A stretch of DNA of 64,000 nucleotides from Lama guanicoe (Eukaryota), in contig MU054323.1 of the NCBI GenBank assembly GCA_013239625.1, positions 19,176,819 to 19,240,818 on the forward strand, read 5' to 3'. Within the stretch, counting starts at the first letter, position 1, and each line of letters opens with the position of its first letter. Made by a program: the position numbers and the translations under genes. A model generated the notes under the pieces. It did no database searches, was not told where the DNA came from, and was given only the letters and a program-made list of their open reading frames with translations. Below are positions 24,377 to 37,780 of the stretch, piece after piece.

Positions 24377-26890
24377 TTGTGTGTGTGTATTTATATATAT
24401 TTTTATTGACATATAGTCAGCTCACAATGCTGTGTCAGTTTCTGGTGTACAGCACAGTGCTTCAATCATATATGAATATACATACATTTGTTTTCATATT
24501 CTTTTTCACTGTAAGCTATTACAGGATATTGAATATAGTTCCCTGTGCTATACAATGTGAACTTCTTGTTTATCTATTTTATATGTATTAGTACCTGCAA
24601 ATCTCAAACTCCCAATTTGTCCCTTCTCACCCCCTTCACCCCTAGTAACCATAAGTTTGTTTTTTATGTCTGTGAGTCTGTTTCTGTTTTGTAAATAAGT
24701 TCATTTGTCTATTTTTTTAGATTCCATGTATAAGTGATATCATAGAGTATTTTTCTTTCTCTTTCTGGTTTACTTCACTTAGTATGACAATCTCCAGGTC
24801 CATCCATGTTGCTACAAATGGCATTATTTTATTCTTTTTATGGATGAGTACTATTCCATTGTCTAAATATACTGCAACTTCTTTATCCAGTCCTTTGTTG
24901 ATGGACATTTAGGTTGTTTCCATGTCATGGCTATTGTAAATAGTGCCGCTATGAACATTGGGGTGCACGTATCTTTCTAAATTAAGGTTCCCTCTGGATA
25001 TTTGCCCAGGAGTGGGATTGCTGGATCATATGGTAAGTCTATTTTTAGTCTTTTGAAGAATCTCCATACTGTTTTCCGTAACGGCTGTACCAAACTACAT
25101 TCCCACCAACAGTGCAGGAGGGTTCCCTTTTCTCCATACCCTCTCCAGCATTTATTATTTGTGGACTTTTAAATGATGGCCATTTTGACTGGTGTGAGGT
25201 GATACCTCATTGTAGTTTTGATTTGCATTTCTCTGATAATTAGCAATATTGAGCATTTTTTCCAACAACACACACACACAAAAAGATTCTACACCATGAT
25301 CAATTTGGGTTCATCCCAGGGACAGAAGGATGGTTCAACATACACAAATTAATCAACATGCTACACCACATCAACAAGAGAATGGACGAAAATCATATGA
25401 TCATCTCAATAGATGCAGAAAAAGCACTTGATAAAATTCAACACCCATTTATGATAAAAAAAAAAGACTCTAACCAAAGTGGGTATAGAGGGACATATTT
25501 CAACATAATAGAAGCTATTTATGACAAACCTACCAGCATAACACTCAAAGGTGAAAAGTTGAAAGCCTTCCTGCTCAGATCTGGAACAACACAAGGATGC
25601 CCACTCTCATCATTTCTATTCAATATCATATTGGAAGTCCTACCATAGACATTAGACAAGAAAAAGAAATAAAAGAGATCCAAATTGGAAGAGAAGAGAT
25701 AAAAACTGTCATTATATGTAGATGACATAATACTATATATAGAAAACTCTAAAGGCTCCACACAAAAACTACCAGAGCTGATAAAAGAATTTGGAACGGT
25801 AACAGGATACAAAATTAACGTACAAAAATCAGCTGCATTTCTTTACAGTAACAATGAAATATCAGAAAAGGGATAGTAAAGAAACTATCCCTTTTAAAAT
25901 TGTAACCAAAAAAATAAAATACTTAGGAATAAATCTGACCGAGGAAGTGAAAGACTTATATGTGGGGAACTATAAAACATTGACTAAGGAAATTAAAGAT
26001 GACTTAAAGAAATGGAAAGATATCCCATGTTTTTGGATTGGAAGAATTAATATTGTTAAAATGGTCATATTACCCAAAGCAATCTACAGATTTAATGTGA
26101 TCCCTATCAAATTACCAAGGTCATTTTTCGCAGAACTAGAACAAATAATCCTAAAATTTACATAGAATCACAAAATACCCAGAATTGTCAAAGCAAAACT
26201 GAAGAAAAAGAACGAAGCTGGAAGAATAACCCTCAGACTTCAAATGATACTACAGAGCTCCAGTAATCAAAACAGCGTGGTATTGGCATAAAAACAGACA
26301 TATGGATCAATGGAACACAACAGAGAGCCCAGAAATGAACCCAGGAACTTTTGGTCAATTAATGTTCGACAAAGGCGGCAAGAATATACAATGGAGAAAA
26401 GACAGTCTCTTCAGCGAGTGGTGTTGAGGAAACTAGACAGCAGCATGTAAATCAATGAAGCTAGAACAGTCCCTCACTCCATACACAAAATAAATTCAAA
26501 ATACCTTAAAGACTTAAACATAAGACAAGACACTGTAAACCTCTTAGAAGAAGACAGGCAAAACATTCTCTGACATACATCTCAGCAATGTTCTCCTAGG
26601 GTAGTCTACTCAGGCGAAATAGAAATAAAAGCAAAAATAAACAAATGGGATTAATTAAACATAAGCTTTTGCACAGCAAAGGAAACCATAAGCAAAACAA
26701 AAAGACAACCTACGGAATGGGAGAAAACCTTTGCAAAAGATGAGACTGACAAGGGCTTAATTTCCAGAATATATAAACAGCTCATACAACTTAATAAGAA
26801 AAAAAAATCCACAAATGGGCAGAAGACCTAAACAAGCAATTTTCCAATGAAGACATACAAATGGCCAATAGGCACACGAAAAAATGCTCA
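24377..26890 (-). mobile_element. Young LINE-1 with 5' inversion (3' part 24377-25262 on minus; inverted ORF2 RT region 25261-26893 on plus)
   Basis: Perfect TSD ataggatgcctctt at 24363-24376 and 26891-26904. Plus-strand ORF2 peptides ([47 protein letters not shown]) lie next to a minus-strand 3'UTR; frameshifts and stops are present. Confidence 0.95.
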
Positions 26891-28194
26891 ATAGGATGCC
26901 TCTTACCTGAAACGCTTACCTCTTGCTGTCATTATCAGTACACCAAACAGGGGGAAATGCAAGCTTTTGCATACCACTCTACTTTTCAATACTGTAACTT
27001 CTCCCAGGCCTTCAATGGTAACAGGAGTGATACTCAAGGAAAACAATCTGGCCCATTCAGCTCTGCTCCCAACCATCCAGAAGCCTGTCTGAGCCTGGCT
27101 GTGTGCTTTGGATCCCCTGTGACTTACAGAAAAGTCACCACAATATATGACTGTCACTTTGCATGCAGTAATTCTGATAATTCATTCTCTGGGTGATGTC
27201 CCTTGTGTTCTTTGCATTTCTATGGCTGTTGTGTCCAACTCCACAGTGTTTCTAGTTAGTGGAGAATAGCAGCTCTAACTCAATCAAATTTATACCCAAA
27301 TACACCCGAAAGATTTAGTTTGTCAGTGGTGCTCTCAAAAATACATATAATTGCCACAGTATAAGGTTAGGATTTTCTTATTTGAGGAACATCTATGACA
27401 GTTTGGGTTTTTGATTCTTCCCCACATGCTGATTTCACTGTGAACGTTTGTGATGAATGACAAGAATGAAAAAGTGCCTATTAAATGTCCTCATAATTGC
27501 CTCTCATATGCAGAACTGAATTACTAAATAATCAGTGACATCCTTTGACACACTGGGTTTTGTTTCATTCCATACACAGAATGAGAAACAGATGACATAA
27601 AATTTTTTTAAACCAAGATCAGCAAATGGTCTTCAATACTGTGAAGTCTAAACCAGTCTCTCATTCAAATTTTACCTTCATTATAGACTTCACCATCTAG
27701 GAAAATGACCTGCAAGTGCCCGACTCAGCACATTTCTCTCAGGAGAATCTCATTTACATCCTTTTAATCGGCTCTTGGGTACATTTTGGTAGTTGTGACA
27801 GTTTATTTCCTTGTTTTAATTATTTTTTATTAGACCATTGTGATGTAATGTGCTTTGGGATGTTTCTATGTTGCAAGATGTTCATTTGCAACATAATTGA
27901 GCTCATATTTTTCTCTGTCCCCTGAGCAAAGGTTAGACTTTGAAATTTTGAAAATTATAGCACTTCTATTGCATGTCTCACAAAGTGAATATATATGCAG
28001 TTGTGTATAATTCAAAATATGGCAATAAAAATTGTATAAATATTTCATGGGACACATTGTGAAGTCAAATCTGTACTTTCCTCCTCAACACACTCATATT
28101 GGATATCTACTGTGGTGAACCTCTCCCATTCCTAGTGGAAGAGAACAGAAAAAAATCAAAAGGAATTAATTGGAAAGATGGGCCATGAAAAGCT

Positions 28195-28340
28195 AAGAAT
28201 AAGTTCTTATTGTACAATTTACTAGCTTGGTTTGGGGCAAGTTCTTACTCTTTTAAGCCTAAATTACTTCAAATGTGTAATAAAAATGATAACACAGGAT
28301 CATTTTGAGAATCAAAATAGTTTATGTATATGAAATTCTT
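28195..28340 (+). mobile_element. MIR fragment
   Basis: 'tttactagcttggtttggggcaagtt..aagcctaaattacttcaaatgtgtaa..ttttgagaatcaaa'. Confidence 0.55.
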
Positions 28341-28924
28341 TCATATTTTAAAACATCATTCACCTGTCATCATTTATTGAACATCTTCAAAGACTATACC
28401 CAAATGTGAGGTGTCAAGAAAGAAGATATAAAAATCTTTTGGTAGCTTTTGCCTGATGTTAAATTGCACTTGAAAACGTCCTCTATAGAAATACTTCTCA
28501 AAATTTTATGCACATGCAGATCATCTCCATATTCTGGATCAGTGAATTGAGGATGGGTCCCATGATCCAATCAGGAGAACTGAACAGTATGAGCCAGGAT
28601 CTGTGCCTGTCTTTGGACCACTGTTCCCAGTCCATACTAATGAGATAAGGAGCTTGTACCTGACTGTGAATCAACGTAGTGGCTCCTTAGTAAAGAAAGT
28701 CTAGTTATGAAAAGATGTCGGCTGTACAAGACACAGTACTTGGTGATGCAGATAATTTCCATCTGGCCGAAACTGCTTATCCCAGTGGGAACTGGGAAAC
28801 AAATCAGTTCCACCCGGCATTCTGAATAGTGCTGTTTTAGACTGATATTGGGAAAAGCATTTAAAATGTCACGTTATTTTTCATTTGCTGTAAAATCAGT
28901 GTCAGTCTGAAGTCTCTAAAGCAA

Positions 28925-29110
28925 TGGTGTTTTGGGGAAAAATGCTATTATCTAATGATCAATAGCAAAATGTTGGACTTTCATAGATCTGAGTCAAAAT
29001 TCCTGTTCTGCCACTTACTAGCAGTGTGATTTTTAGGCAAATTTTTAAACTTTTCTAAACCTCAGTTTTCTCAACTGCAAAATGAGAATGATACCTATTC
29101 TCATAGATCT
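28925..29110 (+). mobile_element. MIR SINE
   Basis: 'tcctgttctgccacttactagcagtgtgatttttaggcaaatttttaaacttttctaaacctcagttttctcaactgcaaaatgaga'. Confidence 0.85.
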
Positions 29111-29389
29111 CTTTCTCATTAATTTACCCGTTCAACATACACGCATTGCATTCTAAATAATGGGGTAGTAGATGTGAGCAAGACAAAGTTCCCGGTATAA
29201 GTAGAAACATGGTCATAGTCAAATGAGATAATACACAAGAAATTGTTGGTAACTTTTCCTTTCCTATCTCCATTTTTCTCTTTCTCTAAACATACATCCA
29301 AACTCCCAATTAAATATGGACCTGGCAATATGCTTCATCTTTAATACTATTATGAAAACAAAATCTGAGATAATGAAACAACATCTGAG

Positions 29390-29610
29390 AGGCAGCATTA
29401 TATTAAAGGCATATTCTTTGAGGGCAAGCTGAACAAAGTCTAAAGCTCAGGTTTAAAAGCCTCTAAACTATGAAATACTGGGTAAGTTATTTAACCTCCC
29501 TAAGCTTTAATCTCCTTCTCTAAACACAAGGAAGGTAAGTTCTATTTCATAGTGCTGTTCAGAAAATTAACTGATATGTAAAGACCTTGGTATATGGAAA
29601 GCATGCAAAA
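29390..29610 (+). mobile_element. MIR SINE
   Basis: 'ctgggtaagttatttaacctccctaagctttaatctccttctctaaacac..tcatagtgctgtt'. Confidence 0.65.
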
Positions 29611-31140
29611 AAAATATATAGCTCTTTCATTACTAAGGGCCCAATTCTAGATTAGACCATTTAGAGATAGTAGCATGGATGGTTCTAACCCTGACATTTT
29701 GCTCCACAAAGAAAAGGACTGCACATGATTTCCAGTATATTTCTAAGGCACATTTTACATCATGACTTGAGAAGTTATTCAACATTTGTTGAAAGAAAAG
29801 AGGAGAGGGATCAGAGAAGATAGAAAGAATGGGGAAAAAAGAAAAACAGGGTGACAGAGGCCTCAATTCATGGATGTCATCACATAGTATCATGATGGGA
29901 TCAGGCTGACATCAGGTCACTGTATTCAAGTTACCATAGTCAACAAAATATGTACCTCTCTTTCCACCAGCCTAGCCTGACATGGGGAATGACTGACAGA
30001 TCGGTAGTACATGTGTTTCTAGGTATTCAGGTGGCTCTGACATTAGTATCATTTTTCTGTCATTCATCCTACAGGCAAATGAGGATTGAAGTTAAGATCA
30101 CTTTAAGCCTCTGACCCACATACTGCCTAAATGATTAATGCCAGCACTTAACAGTGATTTCCTAAATACAAAGCCTTCATATACATCCAAAAGAGAAATT
30201 CATTCTCCTAAGGTTATGACTTTGTTCTTCCTTGTAAAATTAGACATCTGAAAAAGAAGTTTTAAAACTGTCCAATGCTATCCTCTGTGCTAAGGAATTG
30301 TAAAGACATTAAACAATCCAGAGAATATTTTACGATTTCTTTCTTAAAGGCACATGAATGTAAAAAATCAGAACTTTTTCCATTGTCCCATTTTGATGCG
30401 CACTCACACAGAGAAGAGTTTTTCTTATGTCCAACCAACACAGCCATGCCTTCAAGTAAGATAAGCCCATTTCCTATTATCTGGTCTGGTCTTCCGAAGG
30501 CACAGAAAGCGAGTGAGCTTTCCCCTTATTAGGGCCAGTCAGAGCTGAATTGTAAAGCGTGATTAGAATGTCCTCCATGTCACTTCTACTTACGGGTCTA
30601 TTGCTCATAGGACCTCTCAGGGTCCCCCTGGTGGTGGTGGTATCTTCCTACCTCAAGCTGTTTAAACATGGACACATTTTACACCTGCTCCCTCCTTCCC
30701 ATGAAGAAGTGCCAAATAGGCTAGGATAACTTCTCCTTTAAATCCCATCTCCCCTTGCTTCACCTCTCAAAATAACAATAAATAAATTAGAAAGTGCCAA
30801 AGCTCTATGATATAAGACACATATTTTAAGCAAATTATTTTGAAATCTTCCAGAATCTTAGAGATATGAGCTACTTTACTATGATGATCATTACTGGCAA
30901 ATATACAATGAGCCCTAATTTCTAGTTGGTTTCAAAATTATACTAAAAGAGGGAATATGGTAAATTCCATAAAAGCAACCTAAACATAATGCTATAGAAG
31001 TTAAACAGGGAGAGGAAAAGGTGATTCCTGGCTATAAAACACCAGGGAAGAATTCTTACAAGAGTTACTACGTGCATAGGATATTAAAGAGTAATTAGGA
31101 TTCCTATAGATTGAGACACAATCAAGACGTTATTGTTTCA

Positions 31141-32531
31141 CACACATACGGTTAATTAATCTATGTCAAAGGAGGCAAGAATAAACAATGGAGAACTGAC
31201 AGTCTCTTCAATAAGTGGTGCTGGGAAAACTGAACAGTTACACGTAAAAGAATGAGATTTGACCATTTCCTCATGTCACATACAAAATAAACTCAAAATG
31301 AAATACAGACCTAAATATAAGAACTGAAACCATGAAACTACTAGAAGGAAACACAGGCAGAACACTCTTTCACACAAATTGTAGCAATATTATATCAGTC
31401 ACCCAAGGCAAAAGAAATAAAAGCAAAAATTTTTAAATGGGACCCAATTAAGCTTAAAAGCATTTGCACAGCAAAGGAAATCATTAACAAAATGAAAAGA
31501 CAACCAATGGAATGGAGGAAAATATTTGCAAATGATATGACCAACATGGAGTTGGTATCAAAACATACAACAGCTCATATAACTGAATATCAAAAAACAA
31601 CCCAATCAAAAAATGGGCAGAAGACGTGAATAGTCTTTTCTCCAAAGAAGACATATAGATGGACAACAGGCACATGAAAAGATGCTCAACATCACTAATT
31701 ATGAGAGAAATGTAAATCAAAACAACAAGATACCACCTCACACTTGTCAGAATGGCTGTCATTAAAAAGTCTATGAATAACAAATGTAGGCAAGGATGTG
31801 GAGAAAAAGGAACCCTCCTACACTGTTGGTAGGAATACAAACTGGTGCAGGCACTATGGAAAACAGTATGAAGGTTCCTGAAAAAACTAAAAACAGAATT
31901 ACCATATGATCCAGCAATTCCACTGATCTGTATATATCTGGGGAAAATGAAAATTATTTTGAAAAGATACTTGTACCCCAATATTCATAACAGCATCATT
32001 TATAATAGCCAAGATATGGAAGCAACCCAAGTGTCCATTAACAGACAAATGGATAAAGAAGATGAGAGAGATGTATATATATGTATCAATATATGAAATA
32101 TTACTCAGCCATTAAAAGAACAAAATTCTGCTATTTGCAGCAATGTAGATAGACTTAAGAGAATATATTATGCTTGGTGAAGTAAGTCAGAGAAAGACAA
32201 GCACTATATGATATAATTTATATGTGGAGTCTAAAAATATAATTACAAATGACTGTATATAGCAAAACAGAAACAGATTTATATATAGAGAAAACAAACT
32301 AGTGATTACCAGATGGGAGAGGGAAGGGGGAGGGGCAAGGTAGCAGTATGGGATTAAGGGATACAAACTGCTATGTATAAGATAGATAACAACAGGGGTC
32401 TACTGTATAGCACAGGGAATTACGGCCATTATCTTGTAATAACATTTAATAGAGTATAACCTGTAATAATCCTGAATCACTATGCTATACACCTGAAACT
32501 AATATTATAAATCAACTATACTTTAATAAAT
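31141..32531 (+). mobile_element. 5'-truncated LINE-1 (ORF2 C-terminus plus 3'UTR), intermediate age
   Basis: Continuous L1 3' sequence ending 'aaatcaactatactttaataaa'. Decayed TSD candidate aagacgttattgtttca (31124-31140) / aagaggtcactggtaca (32532-32548), a 12/17 match. Confidence 0.92.
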
Positions 32532-34099
32532 AAGAGGTCACTGGTACATCGTTTTTATCAGTATAATGCAGTTTGCATTTAAGGTTTATGCAGTTTGACT
32601 TTTGATGATTCAGAACCCATATAATCATATTTTGCCCCCATAGGGCTCCTTAAAGTAAAAAGCGCAATATATTTTGTAAGTTCATTAGGAAAACAATTGA
32701 AATAAAATCTAGGCCTCTTAAGAAACTCAAGTTATTATACATACTAGTCTCAAAGGGAAAGGGAAAAAGCAGTGAGGAGGAAGATTAAAAATTACTCAAA
32801 TCACTGAACACCAATGAAAAATTTGAGAAAGTGTAGTTTAGCACATTCCTTATTTATAAAACCCTAGGATATATTTAGGAGAGGATGGGGGAGACACTGG
32901 ATATGCTATTGCTGTGAGCACTGATTGTGTCTGTCTCCTACCCACTGCAGGCAAAATTACAGCTCTTGGAAACCTGATTGTCCTCTGCTAAGCACTATAA
33001 TTTCTAATATAATTGGCCAATAAATAACAACATAAATTAATTGTTGTATTTAAATACTAAAGAGATTCGTTTCTACTGAGCTTTGGCATATTTCACATAG
33101 GCATTAAGTGTGCCTCAAATCAAGGAAATAAACTAAACCACAGCAACCTTATGGACATTTTTAGCTTGTAAAGAGCACATCTTTGTGGTGATATTTAAAT
33201 AAGGCTACTTTATATGGAAATTTGGGTCTGTTCAAGCGACTGAGTATATTTTTCTTCAGTAAGGTTTTTTTTTTTTTTTTCAAATCGTTTGGTTGCTCAT
33301 TAGGCTGTGATTAATGTCATCCTTATTTCTACATGCAGGTAGAAAACCAACATTTACGTAGAATAAGAAAAAGGAAAGCAGCAGTAAAGGAGGTTTTAGA
33401 AAGCTAACGATGAAGTCGTCAGTACAGAATCACTTTAAGCTCCTCTATCAGGGAGGGGGACAGAAATTATTCAACAATCATATTTATGACTGAGAAGGTA
33501 AAAACAGTCCTGCTAATCCCAAATATTGTCATTCTGATAAATCTTGGGGTTTGCATACAGAATGTGAGTATAATCTGGCTCTGTTATGCTTACTTCTATT
33601 ATAATTTTTGCAGGCTCTTTCTTTAAAACAATCAGAAAATGAGAGACTCATCACCACATGGAATTTGATTCATAGCTCTGTTTAAATAAGAACTGTCAAA
33701 AGACTACAGCCTACAAAATTTTCATCCTTCTTTTTCAGAAGTAAGCCAGGGAGAGCACTTGGGATACAATAAGGTGGATTCAATTACAGTATAAGAAATC
33801 TAATTTTGGTCTATTAATGGACTTCCATGCCTTTTACTTCCCATTCAGCTATAATTGTGCAATAACCCAATTTATTATTATTATTAAGCATTTATATACT
33901 TGTTTTAGTTACAAAGTGTTTGCAGGTATTTCCACTGACTGCAAATACAACAGTGCAACCAGAAGCCAAAAATGTACGTTTTCAAAGTAAACACTAAGTT
34001 AGGAGCTAGTAAGGTAAGATAAAATTTACTTTTATCTAAGTAACCTCCTGTAATTTATTCACTGAGTTATTAGAAAGGCATTTGTGATAATAGCCATGA

Positions 34100-34255
34100 A
34101 AGACTCGAATCTTGTATCTGAAGGAAATGTTGGTGTTCTCTAGTATTCCAAACTCTTCCATTATACGGTCCCTTTCTTTTGAAAAGCTGATAAATTTGAG
34201 TCAGACTTGACTTGAACACTCCCAACGAAAGGAAACTCAGCAAATTCATCAATCG
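34100..34255 (-). mobile_element. CR1/L3-like 3' fragment
   Basis: The reverse complement 'tgagtttcctttcgttgggagtgttcaagtcaagtctga' resembles the L3/CR1 3' motif. Confidence 0.45.
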
Positions 34256-34509
34256 CCAGAGAGCAAATTTCTACCTATTAATCCTTATTTTCCTTTAAGG
34301 GTAAAATCAATCAAGCAAAAAGGAAAAGCGTATTACTTCTGAATATTAAGTCTTCAATTATGTAAAGACCCCTTGCTAAGACCTTAAAAGAATGATATTT
34401 ACAGATTCAACTTAACATTTGTTGACATTATATATTCAGCTCTTATTAAAGTGTTTATTAAGATTGGCAATGAAAAAGGATGTTATTAATGAGGTTGCTT
34501 CCAGGCCTT

Positions 34510-36380
34510 TTCACAATCAATCTATTTAATAAATGCTAGCCGTGTATCAAGTATTGCTTAAGACATGAGTGCCCAGAGAAAGTGAGATGTGCTCTTTGCC
34601 CTCATGAAGCTTTTGGCAGGAAAGGCAGATCTTTAACAAATACTTAATTATGCATTAGGTACGTACGCTCAAAAAATATTTTTGTCACCAGCTTTCTCAA
34701 TGACTACAATAAAACCCAAACTCCTTCCCATGAGCAGCCTCATCTCATATCTTTCTCCACATTATAGCAGCAATGGCCTTGTTTTATTGCTTGAGCATGC
34801 AAAACACTTTCCAATTTCCACTTGAGGAATTTTGTACAAGGTGCTTCTCCTTCTTAGAATGTGCTGTCCCATGATATCCATACAGCTCAGTCTTGCTCAT
34901 GGTGCCAGTGTCAGCTTAAAAGAGGTTCTCTCCAACCATCTCTAAAAGTAGGCCACTTCTTCAGTTACTTTCTTATGGAGCATCCTCATTTCCTTCATAG
35001 ACCTGCCTGGAATCTTTTAAAAATTTTATTAAGTCTTATTTATTTACCCCAAACCAGGATTTATTACTTCATTCAAACATATTTATAAAGAGTCTACACA
35101 GTAGACAATAACTCTAGAATCAGGCATTGTTCTGTTCAGGCCTTGGGATATACAGTCATGGACAAAACAGACTTAAGTTTCCAGCACTCTTGGTATTTAT
35201 ATTTTAGAAGGGGAAGGTACCAAACAAATGGGAAAAATCAACCTATGATATGTTGAGAAAATAGAGAAAAAGAAGTGCACAGAAGTGGAATTCTATTCAG
35301 ACAGGGTGGCCAGGGAACTCTTTGGTATAATGACATTTGTATCCATGAAGTGATGAGGTTAGAAACTCTGTGTACTACAACTATTGTGCCTGGAACAATG
35401 TCTAGTCTATAGAAGGTACTTAGTACATATTTGATAACTGAGTGAATGAGTAAATTAATTGGTAAAAATTATGTACTCCAGCACATAGTGGACTATATCC
35501 TTACATGAATCTCCCACCAGAGATAACTGGAGGAGACAAGGCTGGAGACTTGACAAGACTGGAGGGAAATGCAAAAAGCAGCTGTTGCAGAACTACAGAC
35601 AAGAAACGATTATACCCTATAGTAGCAGAATGGCAGTATGGTTGGGAGATAAAAATGACAGAACACAATGAAAGAATAAATGTTGAGAGAGTGAGACAAA
35701 GGAGGAAGAATGATACCAGACTTATAACTTTAAAAACTTCATGGATTGTAACACTTATTTGGGAAAGACAGAAGGAGTATATCTTGAGAAAGATGGTGAC
35801 TTTGTTTTTAGACATATTAACATTGGAATATCTGGAATTTCCAAGTAAACATATTTGAGTAGGGTCCAAAGTTCAGATAAGAAATTCATACTTTTAAATC
35901 ATCAGCATATAAAGGACAATGAAGTTATAAGAGTGTATGAGATCACCAATCCAGTGAGAGGAGAAGGATCAATAAAATAATTTTAAAGAATGCCAACATG
36001 TAAGTGCTGATGAGAGGAGGAACTAGTTGTCATGGCCTAAAAAAAGAGCTGTCAGAAGTAACAAGAGATTTGGAAGATTATCATACCAAGAAATGCAAAA
36101 GAAAAAATTTATTTCAAGGGAAGAGTGAATTACAATGTTCAATTTTGCTGAGAGGTTAATTAAAATAAAGACTGTAAAGACTAAAATATTGAGAGTAGTC
36201 TAGTATAGTGACATGCAAATGTTTGGTTCTCTGTTCAACAAAGTTTCAGTGTAGTGGTGAGGTCACAAATTAGCTTGGAACAGAAAAGAGTGAGAGGTAA
36301 GTAAGTGGAAACAACAACTATAATTATATTTCAAGAAGTTTCACTGGGATGGAGAGGGAAAAGAGAGAGGGGTAGCTTTG
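34510..36380. mobile_element. Cluster of nested L2 fragments in both orientations
   Basis: Approximate layout: minus 34510-34650, plus 34690-35050, minus 35065-35350, plus tail 35370-35455 ('gtgcctggaacaatg..gtacttagtacatatttg..gagtgaatgagt'), minus 35460-36380. Confidence 0.7.
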
Positions 36381-36669
36381 AGATCATAGTAGGGGTTGGG
36401 GATGGGGAGAGTGATGGACAATTAAATTTTAAATACTAAAAAAAGTAGGTAAATGTAGCTTCAAAGACTTTCTCTAAACAGTAACTGATATATAAAATCA
36501 GTAGAACCTTTTAATTCCTTTAGGAATTTCCTTCCTTTCAATCCCATAATAATAAAAATTTCCTCCTAGACCTGCAGCTTCAATTCCAGGATATAGTGAG
36601 CTGGAAGGGGAGTCACTATACTTTAAAATGACAAAGAGAGACAATATTTTTAAATTCATGATTTTTTTC

Positions 36670-37405
36670 TAATTAACCATTTTATTTTGAGATCATTACA
36701 GATTAACATGTAGTTGAAGAGAGAGCCTATGTATCATGTATATAGTTTTGCCCAATGATCACATCTTTCAAATACTGCCTACTGTACTTTCTTCTTCCCT
36801 CATGTGCCAAGTTTTGTTTTTTATCATTTATTTCCTATTTAGAAAGCATCCTTTAGTCTTTTTCTTTAGGTTAAGTCTACTGGAAATAAATTCTCTTAAT
36901 TTTATCCCACCTAATAATGCCTTGACTTCCCCTTTTCACCTAAGGGTATTTTCACTGGGTATAGGATTCTGGGTTGGCAATTCCTTTACTTCATCACTGA
37001 ACAAAATTGTGTCAGTTCCTTCTGACCTCCATGGTTTCTGATGAGAGATCCTCTGTCACTTGAATGATTTCCCCACTGTATTTAAGGTGTCCTTTTTATC
37101 TGAATGCTTTCAAGATTTTTATTGTCTGCTTAATTCAAAACTTAATTATGTTGTGTTTGCATGTGTATTTCTTTGGGTTTATCCTGTTTTAGGTTCACTC
37201 AGCTTCTTGAATATATGGATACATTGCTTATCAAATTTGCGGGGTAATCCTAGTCATTATTAATTCCAATATTTTCCATCTCTGCCCTTCTTCTCCTCTC
37301 TTTCAGCGGTCTGATGACATGCATGCTAGATATTCTATAAGGTCTCACGGACCCTAAAACTCTACTTATATATTTCAACATATTCTCTATAATTACTCAG
37401 ATTAG
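36670..37405 (-). mobile_element. L1MC 3' tip (~36670-36780) joined to antisense old L1 ORF1/HAL1 sequence
   Basis: 'ttttattttgagatcattacagatt', then 'tattttcactgggtataggattctgggttggca', 'ctgatgagagatcc' and 'tttcaagattttt', typical of antisense ORF1. Confidence 0.7.
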
Positions 37406-37780
37406 GTAAAAAAGCAGCAATACTAAAGTAAATTAAAAAGGATAAATATTAGTCATAAAAATACTCAACCCAAAACTAAGGAAAGGGGGGAAAATGTACA
37501 AGGAGCAAATGAAAAACAGCCAACAAGGTGGCAGATCTGATTGAATCATATAAATATTTATATTAAATTTGAATTGACCAAACAGACCAATTAAAAGAGA
37601 TTATTGGATTATGGATAAAAGCAAGATCAAACTATATACTGTTACAAGAATCCAGTTTTATCTGTAAAAACACAAGTAAAATAATGGATAATAATATACC
37701 ATGCAAATATTAATGTAAAGACAACTGGAGCAGCTGTATTAATAACAGACTTAGTAAATCTAAGAAGAAGATGTGTTATT

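Noticed and set aside
25358..26165. ORFs with reverse-transcriptase motifs
   Set aside because: They belong to the truncated, inverted L1, with stops and frameshifts; they cannot encode an active RT.
26861..27196. ORFs and two minus-strand gtaag donors next to the L1 TSD
   Set aside because: The plus ORF starts in L1 sequence, the minus-frame peptide is unrecognisable and the acceptor is weak; support is insufficient.
27867..27895. Hairpin tatgttgcaa..ttgcaacata
   Set aside because: A 10-bp stem is too short for a pre-miRNA and is expected occasionally by chance.
35501..35869. Overlapping 117-aa and 122-aa ORFs on both strands
   Set aside because: They lie within decayed L2 sequence.
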